A stretch of 5,388 nt of DNA from Candidatus Wukongarchaeum yapensis (GCA_016840425.1 JAEOSI010000162.1:1-5388); one strand, 5' to 3'; counted from the first letter of the stretch, positions 1 through 5,388 are shown. A program made the numbers and translations. The notes: generated from the letters alone by a model not told the origin.

Positions 1-1305
1 TTTTGATTTTCTCACGTGTTCTGGTCTAACAACCCCTGCCTTTTCTTCTCTTGCAATATCTCCAGCAGCCCTTATGAGACCTCCAAGATCTCTGAGTTTC
101 AACGTTAGGTGGCCCTTTCTTCCAGCCCTTCTTCTTGCCTCTTTTATTATCTCTTCCACAGCGTCGTGTGTGAAGTGGGGTATTCTTCCGTCTTTTACTA
201 TTTCTTGTGCTACGAATCTTGCTAGTTTTTTACGGTTTTCAGGTGTGTCGAGTATTTCATGATTCACGTAGATCTCATAACCGTAACCTCTAATCCTCGA
301 TCTTAGGGCTGGATGCATTCTCTCAATGGTGGGCAGGTTGCCTGCTGCTACTAAGACGAAGTCGCAAGGCACTTCTTCTGTTCTTACCATGGCCCCACTG
401 CTTAGCTCGCTTTGCCCTGTTATATGGAACCGTTTTTCCTGCATGGCTGTTAAAAGGTCGTGCTGGGTTTTTGTTGAAAGGGTTGCCACTTCGTCTATGA
501 AGAGAACGCCTTTATCGGCTTTGTGTATAAGCCCTGCTTCCACTCTTTGATGGGCAGGGGTTCCAAGGCCTCCTGACTGGAATGGATCATGTCTAACGTC
601 CCCTAATAAAGCGCCAGCATGGGCGCCTGTAGCGTCATAAAAGGGAGCGTTTTTTCTCGAAGAATTATCGACTAAAAGTTTTGGCACTATCTTTTCACCT
701 GTGGTTCTTAAGTGGGCTATGACGAAGAAGACTATAACTGCGACAAATATGCCGAAAAGTAGTTCTCCTTCTAATAGTCCTATGATTATTACTATGGCGG
801 GGAGAAGTATGGCCATAAGGTTTTTAAATCCTTGAGATTTTTGCGCTCTTCTTCCATAGAAGTCGACGATTTTCTTACCTTCCCCTGTCTTAATCGAGCG
901 TATATAGGGCGTGTTTTCATCGTTAGGGTTTGGAAAAGCAAGAATATCAACCAACTCCTCTGTAGGTAATAACTCCGCTAAAGCTAGTCCAAGCATAGAC
1001 TTGCCTGTTCCAGGCTCCCCTATGAGCAAGACATTTCTCCTTTGAACTGCGGCTTTTTTGATCACATTTACGGCGTGATCTTGACCAATAACTTGATCAA
1101 CTACCCGCGTAGGCGTAGGCAGTTCTGCTGTAGTTGAAAACTCTATGTCTAACTCTCTTTCCTCTTCTTCTTCTTCTTTCACCGTTTGTTGTGCTAATAC
1201 TTGTTCTTGGGTTTTTGAAGTGTCTTGCTCAATGTTCTCTGCAGGGTTGATTTCTTTTTGTGTAAGATCGTTATTTTTTTCTATTTCTTCTTTTTCTTCC
1301 GTCAT
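1..1305 (-). CDS. lonB: Archaeal ATP-dependent protease LonB, membrane-anchored AAA+ region; 3'-truncated by the window edge (protease domain not visible)
   Basis: Manual translation gives an uninterrupted 435-codon frame from ATG 1305 to base 1: MTEEKEE...FSTTAELPTPTRVVDQVIGQDHAVNVIKKAAVQRRNVLLI-GEPGTGKS (Walker A, 1020-997). A hydrophobic hairpin follows (LMAILLPAIVIIIGLL-EGE-LLFGIFVAVIVFFVIA, 819-715), then DATGAHAGALLGDVRHDPFQSGGLGTPAHQRVEAGLIHKA, Walker B VLFIDE, MHPALRSRIRGYGYE and LTLKLRDLGGLIRAAGDIA, all hallmark LonB segments. Other in-frame starts are ATG 1374 and GTG 1182. I prefer 1305 because of an SD-like AGAAGGT 8 nt upstream and the position of a TATA-like box. Confidence 0.97.
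   Translation of the reverse strand, partial: MTEEKEEIEKNNDLTQKEINPAENIEQDTSKTQEQVLAQQTVKEEEEEERELDIEFSTTAELPTPTRVVDQVIGQDHAVNVIKKAAVQRRNVLLIGEPGTGKSMLGLALAELLPTEELVDILAFPNPNDENTPYIRSIKTGEGKKIVDFYGRRAQKSQGFKNLMAILLPAIVIIIGLLEGELLFGIFVAVIVFFVIAHLRTTGEKIVPKLLVDNSSRKNAPFYDATGAHAGALLGDVRHDPFQSGGLGTPAHQRVEAGLIHKADKGVLFIDEVATLSTKTQHDLLTAMQEKRFHITGQSELSSGAMVRTEEVPCDFVLVAAGNLPTIERMHPALRSRIRGYGYEIYVNHEILDTPENRKKLARFVAQEIVKDGRIPHFTHDAVEEIIKEARRRAGRKGHLTLKLRDLGGLIRAAGDIAREEKAGVVRPEHVRKSK
1159..1179 (-). repeat. Short (GAA)n trinucleotide run encoding KEEEEEE in the LonB N-terminal tail
   Basis: The minus strand reads AAA GAA GAA GAA GAA GAG GAA (1179-1159); the plus strand shows TTC repeats. Confidence 0.8.
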
Positions 1306-1313
1306 CTCAATTA

Positions 1314-1320
1314 ACCTTCT
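1314..1320 (-). promoter_or_regulatory. Putative Shine-Dalgarno-like site for lonB
   Basis: AGAAGGT lies 8 nt upstream of ATG 1305. A similar AAGGT core precedes the starts at 2336 and 4792. Confidence 0.45.
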
Positions 1321-1350
1321 GCTAGGTAGCACCCATTTTGGAATATGCCA

Positions 1351-1370
1351 ATAAAAATTAAAAAGGTTTG
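1351..1370. promoter_or_regulatory. Putative archaeal BRE/TATA region in the lonB-prs divergent spacer
   Basis: The minus strand reads CAAACC-TTTTTAAT (1370-1357), a BRE/TATA-like arrangement pointing at lonB. The plus strand of the same tract reads ATAAAAATTAAAAAGG, with TTAAAAA about 55 nt upstream of the prs ATG. Motif resemblance only. Confidence 0.45.
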
Positions 1371-1405
1371 TCATTTGTATTTCTTTTGTTAAGGTCTAGG
1401 TTTTT

Positions 1406-1410
1406 GGAGG
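1406..1410 (+). promoter_or_regulatory. Shine-Dalgarno site for prs
   Basis: GGAGG lies 9 nt upstream of ATG 1420. Confidence 0.75.
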
Positions 1411-1419
1411 AATTTTTTT

Positions 1420-2307
1420 ATGGTGATTGTTCCCGGTCCTGCTTCTAAGTCTTTAGCTTTAAAGGTTGCAGAAATTCTTGGTGATGATGTTCTTCATTTA
1501 AATCTTCGTGATTTTTCTGACGGGGAGTGGGTTGTGCAGTTTGATGTAGAAAATTTTGAGAGAAAGGGGGCTGGGGAGGAATTTATAATTGTTCAAACAA
1601 CTTATCCATATCAGGATAGGAACCTTCTCCAGCTCCTTGTAATGATTGATACATTGTGTGATCTTTTTGGTGTTAGCCCTACCGTTGTTGTTCCTTATCT
1701 TGCTTTCAGCAGGCAGGATAAAAGGTTTTTGCCTGGTGAATCTATAACAGCTAAGACTATTTTAAACCTTATCTATGATCGTGGTGCAAAACGTTTGATC
1801 ACGGTGGATGTTCATAATGAAGACATATTTTCTTACGTGGCTATAGATTGTGTCAATGTTACAGCCATGAAGGAGATCGGTAAATATCTTTTAAAAATAG
1901 GTTTGAAGAATCCTATCGTGATTTCTCCAGATGAGGGGGCGATAACTCATGCTAAGGCTGTGGCTGAAATTTTGGGGTGTGAACACGACTTTTTCAAGAA
2001 AAAAAGAAGCAGGGTTACGGGGGAGATAAACGTTGAGAAAGGCGATATTCAGGTTAAGGGGCGGGATGTAGTTGTGGTGGACGACATAATTTCAACGGGA
2101 GGAACTGTTGTAGAAGCCGTTAAAATAGTTAAAAGTTTGGGTGCATTAAAGGTATATGCGGCTTGCACTCATGGTCTACTTGTTAAAGATGCTTTTGAAA
2201 GGATTATTAATGCTGGAGCTGAAAAAATCTTCGGAACAGATACCGTTCAAAGTGAAATAAGCGTAATATCTGTAGCCCCGGTAATCGCTGAAACCTTGAA
2301 AAAATAA
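1420..2307 (+). CDS. prs: Ribose-phosphate pyrophosphokinase (PRPP synthetase), short archaeal type
   Basis: 295 aa. Motifs: FSDGE; PYLAFSRQDKRFLPGE flexible loop; ITVDVH; SPDEGA; KKR catalytic loop; PRPP-binding VVVDDIISTGGT (2071-2106); ACTHGLL; GTDTV. Preceded by a strong SD. Confidence 0.97.
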   Translation: MVIVPGPASKSLALKVAEILGDDVLHLNLRDFSDGEWVVQFDVENFERKGAGEEFIIVQTTYPYQDRNLLQLLVMIDTLCDLFGVSPTVVVPYLAFSRQDKRFLPGESITAKTILNLIYDRGAKRLITVDVHNEDIFSYVAIDCVNVTAMKEIGKYLLKIGLKNPIVISPDEGAITHAKAVAEILGCEHDFFKKKRSRVTGEINVEKGDIQVKGRDVVVVDDIISTGGTVVEAVKIVKSLGALKVYAACTHGLLVKDAFERIINAGAEKIFGTDTVQSEISVISVAPVIAETLKK

Positions 2308-2315
2308 GAAAAATC

Positions 2316-2352
2316 GTTGAAAAAAAGGTTGAAAAATGGTTGAAAAAAGGTG
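2316..2352 (+). repeat. Three imperfect tandem GTTG-A(5-7)-(T)G units spanning the methyltransferase start codon
   Basis: GTTGAAAAAAAG (2316-2327), GTTGAAAAATG (2328-2338) and GTTGAAAAAAG (2339-2349), followed by GTG. Confidence 0.75.
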
Positions 2353-3394
2353 TTTTTTCGTTTTACATGGGCAAAATGAGTCCATAGCAAGGGCTGAAGT
2401 TTTAGCCATATTAGAAGCAGAAAATATGCAGTTTTCTGACATTGAGGAATTGTGCCAAGTTTTATTACTTGACGTTTCAGACTTTGATGTGCTTCAAATA
2501 GTCGGTTTACGCGCTTCAATGAGCCATTACTGTTGCCGTCATATTTCTACTTATCCTTGTGATTCTGGCTTGATACTTTCTATGATGCGCGATGTTGACT
2601 TTAATAGGTTTGTTAATGGGGAAAGCTTTGCGGTAAGAGTGAAAAAAATTAAGTCTAATCTCTCTCCTGAAGGCAAAAGGATGAGTGTTGAAGGGTTAGA
2701 ACGGGAAATTGGGGCTATAATAAAGAAAAATACGGGTTTACAGGTGCGTTTAAGAAATCCTGAAACGTTGTTTCTTGGCGTGATTTCTGAAAATGTTTTC
2801 GTTTTTGGAACTGTTAAAGCAAAAGTTTCTAAAAAAGGGTTTTTAGAGCGGAGAGGTCGTTTCATGCCCTTTTTTCATCCAGGTATCATGAAGCCGCAAA
2901 TTTCCAGGTTAATGGTTAATTTGGCGCGGGCAAAAAGAAACACAGAACTTCTCCTTTTTGATCCTTTTTGTGGAACGGGGGGAATGTTAATAGAGGGAGG
3001 AGTGATTGGTTGTAACACTTTAGGATCTGATATTGACAAAGCCATGGTTTTTGGCTGTAAAAAGAATTTAGAATGTTTAGGGTTGGTGCCGAGGTTGATA
3101 AAGGCTGATGCCCGTAAACTGCCTATTAAGAGTGAAAAAATTGGTGCTGTGGCTACCGACCCTCCACACTCAAGGTCTTCGTCTACAAAAGGCGAAAAAC
3201 TTGAAGTTCTCCTTGAAAAATTTTTCACAGAAATAGCTAGGGTGCTACGAAAGGATGGATACCTTTCTATATCGGTTCCAGATACGATACCTTTGGAACG
3301 TATTGGTGAGAAATCTGGGTTAAAGTTACAGGAGCTACACAAAATGTATGTTCATAAAAGCCTTACAAGGCTGATAGGAGTGTTTCAAAAATGA
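2336..3394 (+). CDS. trm11: THUMP-domain SAM-dependent RNA amino-methyltransferase, Trm11/TrmG10 (tRNA m2G10/m2,2G10) family, with a variant motif IV
   Basis: 352 aa. N-terminal FFVLHG...ARAEVLAIL; THUMP core FAVRVKKI...REIGAII...VRLRNPE; PFFHPG...SRLMVNLA; motif I LFDPFCGTGGMLIE (DPFCGTGG at 2960-2983); GSDID; DARKLP; motif IV reads TDPPH (DPPH at 3158-3169); C-terminal YVHKSLTRLI. The PFFHP and HKSLTR motifs favour Trm11 over Trm14. Confidence 0.85.
   Translation: MVEKRCFFVLHGQNESIARAEVLAILEAENMQFSDIEELCQVLLLDVSDFDVLQIVGLRASMSHYCCRHISTYPCDSGLILSMMRDVDFNRFVNGESFAVRVKKIKSNLSPEGKRMSVEGLEREIGAIIKKNTGLQVRLRNPETLFLGVISENVFVFGTVKAKVSKKGFLERRGRFMPFFHPGIMKPQISRLMVNLARAKRNTELLLFDPFCGTGGMLIEGGVIGCNTLGSDIDKAMVFGCKKNLECLGLVPRLIKADARKLPIKSEKIGAVATDPPHSRSSSTKGEKLEVLLEKFFTEIARVLRKDGYLSISVPDTIPLERIGEKSGLKLQELHKMYVHKSLTRLIGVFQK
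3376..3382 (+). promoter_or_regulatory. Shine-Dalgarno-like site for rnz, embedded in the 3' end of trm11
   Basis: AGGAGTG lies 8 nt upstream of ATG 3391. The ATGA start/stop overlap at 3391-3394 suggests translational coupling. Confidence 0.6.
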
Positions 3395-4356
3395 GCGCTT
3401 TATCAATAATTTTTTTAGGAACTTCTGGGGCTGTGCCTTCGGCTGGAAGATATCTTTCCTGCACTGTATGTGTTAGGGAAGGCGAACTGCTTTTTTTTGA
3501 TTGTGGTGAAGGCGCCCAGTTTCAAGTATTAAAGCATAAAATGGGGCTCAATAGGAAAACTAAGATTTTTGTAACTCATCTTCACGCAGACCATGTTCTA
3601 GGTATTCCCGGCTTGTTACACACCATGAAGCTTCTTGGACGGACCAAAGATATTCAAATTTTTGGGCCTGAGGGAATTAAATTGCTTATAGAGGCTTTTT
3701 CAGAGGTCACACACCTTGATCCCCCCTTCAAAATAGAGATTAATGAGATTAAAAACCCCGAAGAAAACCCAGTAATCTATGAAACTGAGGAGTATCACGT
3801 GGAAGTAGCTCCCCTAGATCATGGAGAAACACCCTGTTTCGCTTATGCTTTGGTGGAAAAACCAAAACCTGGGAAATTTAACGTGGAACGCGCCAAAGAA
3901 TTAGGTATCCCTGAAGGAAGACTATGGGGAATGCTTCAAAAAGGTCTCTCCGTAAAAGTGAGTGGAAAGACTATAAACTCCAAAGATGTTTTAGGCCCGC
4001 CAAAACCTAGTAGAAAATTAGTTTTTTGCGGCGACACAAGACCTGTTAAAAGTTTGGCAGAGTTTGCAAAAGACGCCACTACACTCGTCCACGAAGCAAC
4101 ATATAAAGATGAGCATAAAAACAAAGCACGAGAATATTTCCACAGCACGGCTTCGGAAGCCGCAACAATAGCCAAAGAGGCCAGAGTGAAAATCCTCCTC
4201 TTGACTCATTTCAGTAGTCGTTATCAGGATGAGGATTTAGACCAGCTTTTAAGCGAAGCAAAGGAAGTTTTTGAAAAAACAATACTTGCGCAAGATGATA
4301 TGGTTATTCGAATACCTTTGGACGATGGTAAAAAGTTTAAAATTGAATATCTGTAA
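3391..4356 (+). CDS. rnz: Ribonuclease Z (tRNA 3' endonuclease, short form, metallo-beta-lactamase fold)
   Basis: 321 aa. Motifs: IFLGTSGAVPS; FDCGEG; THLHADH (3574-3594); LDHG; exosite arm PGKFNVERAKELGIPEGRLWGMLQKG...VLGPP; GDT; HEAT (4090-4101); HST (4141-4149); THFSSRY (4204-4224). Confidence 0.97.
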   Translation: MSALSIIFLGTSGAVPSAGRYLSCTVCVREGELLFFDCGEGAQFQVLKHKMGLNRKTKIFVTHLHADHVLGIPGLLHTMKLLGRTKDIQIFGPEGIKLLIEAFSEVTHLDPPFKIEINEIKNPEENPVIYETEEYHVEVAPLDHGETPCFAYALVEKPKPGKFNVERAKELGIPEGRLWGMLQKGLSVKVSGKTINSKDVLGPPKPSRKLVFCGDTRPVKSLAEFAKDATTLVHEATYKDEHKNKAREYFHSTASEAATIAKEARVKILLLTHFSSRYQDEDLDQLLSEAKEVFEKTILAQDDMVIRIPLDDGKKFKIEYL

Positions 4357-4366
4357 CCATTTTTAC
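4328..4366. terminator. Candidate bidirectional archaeal oligo-T terminator arrangement at the convergent overlap
   Basis: Plus strand: TAA(4354-4356)-CCA-TTTTTAC-TTCTTTACCTTTC. Minus strand: TAA(4339-4337)-AC-TTTTTAC. Function is inferred from the known use of oligo-T tracts in archaeal termination. Confidence 0.4.
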
Positions 4367-4792
4367 TTCTTTACCTTTCACGGTTTGGGGGGCGAGCCAA
4401 TCAATAACTGTTTGAATATCGGGGGAAGTTATTGTGACCTCTATCTCTCCAAGAGGTCCCACATCTTCAAAGTCGCAAAAATTAACTTTAGACATGAAAG
4501 CGGCTTGTTTATGAAGTAAAATATCGGTTGTTTCTCCAGCCATGTTTCCTATGAGTTTTTTCCTTGCAACATCTAAAATTCTCTGGTTTCTGAGTTGAAT
4601 ATAAATTTTCTTCAAGAGGCCAGCTCCCCCTTTTTTGATTCCAAAAAGGTATTTTTCCCCTCTTTTATTTTGGTCTATTTCAAGGTTTATCTCCGGAAAA
4701 AGATTTTTGATCGCTTGCTCAACTTTTTCCTGTTCCTCACTTGGATAAACCCTTGTTTTAACCCTTAATTCCAGTTCACGGTATGGTGCCAA
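4337..4792 (-). CDS. UPF0201-family (RNA_binding, L5-like fold) archaeal protein of unknown function
   Basis: 151 aa with a TTG start and SD-like GGAAGGT 7 nt upstream (4806-4800). Family-like motifs: VYPSEEQEKVEQAIKNLFP, LRNQRILDVAR, LHKQAAFMSKVNF, PLGEIEVTI, IDWLAPQT. Assigned by motif recognition, not by a search. Confidence 0.85.
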   Translation of the reverse strand: MAPYRELELRVKTRVYPSEEQEKVEQAIKNLFPEINLEIDQNKRGEKYLFGIKKGGAGLLKKIYIQLRNQRILDVARKKLIGNMAGETTDILLHKQAAFMSKVNFCDFEDVGPLGEIEVTITSPDIQTVIDWLAPQTVKGKEVKMVTDIQF

Positions 4793-4796
4793 AACT

Positions 4797-5369
4797 CTAA
4801 CCTTCCATTTCCTTTTCTTTGAAGATTTTTTTAATCATTGACCGTATAGTTTTTCTTACTTTTTCTTTAAAGGTTTTGAGGTCTTCTTTTTCGTTTGCTA
4901 TGCAAAAATCTGCCGAATCTATGGCTTTTCCTATGCCAAACCCAAGCTCCCTTTCATCTCTTTTTACAAATGTGTCCCAACTGATTGAATCGTCTGGTCT
5001 TCCCCTCTTTTTTAACCTTTCAAATCGTGTTTTTTGCGAAGCCTCAATAAGTACCGTGTAAAAGTTTGGAATTTTTTCTTTAAAAGCCCTAATTTCAGCA
5101 AGACTTCTCACCCCCTCCACTATCACTATATCGTTTTTTATTCTTTTGATCTTTTCAATGCAGCGTTTTGCTATTACGTCATCGCCGTACTCCTTTCTAA
5201 GTTTTACCGATATGAACCCCATATTTTCAGGGTTGAGTTCAAGTCCTCTTTTTAATGTTTCTTCGCGGATTATATCCCCCATGACCACTGTAGAAGCCCC
5301 TGTTTCCTTAGAAACCACTTCAGAAGCCTCAGTTTTTCCAGAACCAGGCATACCGATCAAAGCTATCAC
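4797..5369 (-). CDS. UPF0200-like NMP-kinase-fold P-loop NTPase (often annotated as dephospho-CoA-kinase-like or AAA ATPase); 5' end uncertain
   Basis: Walker A GMPGSGKT (5354-5331), VVMGDIIRE, IVEGVRS, lid-like RFERLKKRGRPDD, RDERELGFGIGKAIDSAD. The frame stays open upstream of GTG 5369 to the window edge (..WGKDKI-VIALIG), so the true start may lie beyond 5388. Confidence 0.8.
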   Translation of the reverse strand: MIALIGMPGSGKTEASEVVSKETGASTVVMGDIIREETLKRGLELNPENMGFISVKLRKEYGDDVIAKRCIEKIKRIKNDIVIVEGVRSLAEIRAFKEKIPNFYTVLIEASQKTRFERLKKRGRPDDSISWDTFVKRDERELGFGIGKAIDSADFCIANEKEDLKTFKEKVRKTIRSMIKKIFKEKEMEG

Positions 5370-5388
5370 AATCTTATCCTTCCCCCAC

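Noticed and set aside
570-600. Possible intein in LonB at the DVRHDPFQ/SGGLG site, which I recall as intein-occupied in some Thermococcales
   Set aside because: The sequence reads continuously DPFQ-SGGLGTP with no insertion, so the site is empty.
74-1354. Plus-strand ORFs 74-262, 326-550 and 1145-1354
   Set aside because: All are antisense shadows of lonB with no recognisable motifs. The poly-Ser run in 1145-1354 is just the complement of the LonB poly-Glu codons.
1306-1374. Longer LonB starting at in-frame ATG 1374 (MTNLFNFYWHIPKWVLPSRRLIE...)
   Set aside because: That ATG lies upstream of the best TATA-like box, the added peptide is compositionally unlike the rest of the tail, and ATG 1305 has an SD-like site. 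Not formally excluded.
1693-1725. Prs loop reads PYLAFSRQDKR rather than PYxxY(A/S)RQD
   Set aside because: A conservative Tyr-to-Phe change with RQD and all other catalytic motifs intact, within ordinary family variation.
2316-2352. GTTGAAA units resembling the ATTGAAA(G/C) end of archaeal CRISPR repeats
   Set aside because: The units are only 11-12 nt and directly adjacent, with no spacers, leader or cas genes.
2176-3342. Minus-strand ORFs 2176-2442, 2247-2519, 2551-2865 and 2875-3342
   Set aside because: They lie antisense to the well-supported prs and trm11 genes and have no motifs. Long open antisense frames are a common by-product of codon bias.
3457-3471. CxxC (SCTVC) near the RNase Z N-terminus as a metal or redox site
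   Set aside because: It falls in a core beta-strand normally made of small or hydrophobic residues, with no second Cys pair to complete a site.
3936-4519. ORFs 3936-4175 (-), 4018-4209 (-) and 4271-4519 (+)
   Set aside because: All overlap rnz and/or the UPF0201 gene in alternative frames and have no recognisable features or good ribosome-binding sites.
4819-5255. Plus-strand ORFs 4819-5061 and 5034-5255
   Set aside because: Antisense shadows of the P-loop kinase gene.
4797-5369. Calling the P-loop protein dephospho-CoA kinase (coaE)
   Set aside because: Only the generic NMP-kinase fold is evident, no CoA-pathway genes are in the window, and archaeal homologues of this type are not established as CoaE.
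1-5388. tRNA/rRNA genes, IS elements, integrases, defence systems or a foreign-composition island
   Set aside because: The window is almost fully occupied by six housekeeping-type CDSs. I saw no cloverleaf, terminal inverted repeats, transposase motifs or obvious compositional break by eye; a covariance-model scan was not run.

Overview
AT-rich archaeal housekeeping locus with six protein-coding genes and no mobile element, CRISPR array or RNA gene that I can support. On the minus strand, 1305 to the left edge encodes the N-terminal 435 codons of a membrane-anchored archaeal Lon protease (LonB); the ORF track misses it because its stop lies outside the window. Diverging from it across a 114-bp spacer is a plus-strand run of prs (archaeal-type PRPP synthetase), a Trm11/TrmG10-like THUMP tRNA methyltransferase and rnz (RNase Z). 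This run converges, with a 20-bp tail-to-tail overlap, on a minus-strand pair of uncharacterised archaeal genes: a UPF0200-like NMP-kinase-fold P-loop protein and a UPF0201-like protein. The gene set looks like a conserved archaeal neighbourhood (TACK/Asgard-like by impression only), and I see no clearly new system. The best leads are: the methyltransferase has DPPH-S in place of the catalytic DPPY-G motif; the orphan kinase/UPF0201 pair sits beside tRNA-maturation genes; a mirror-symmetric TTTTTAC element follows both overlapping stop codons; and a homopolymer-rich triple repeat spans the methyltransferase start.
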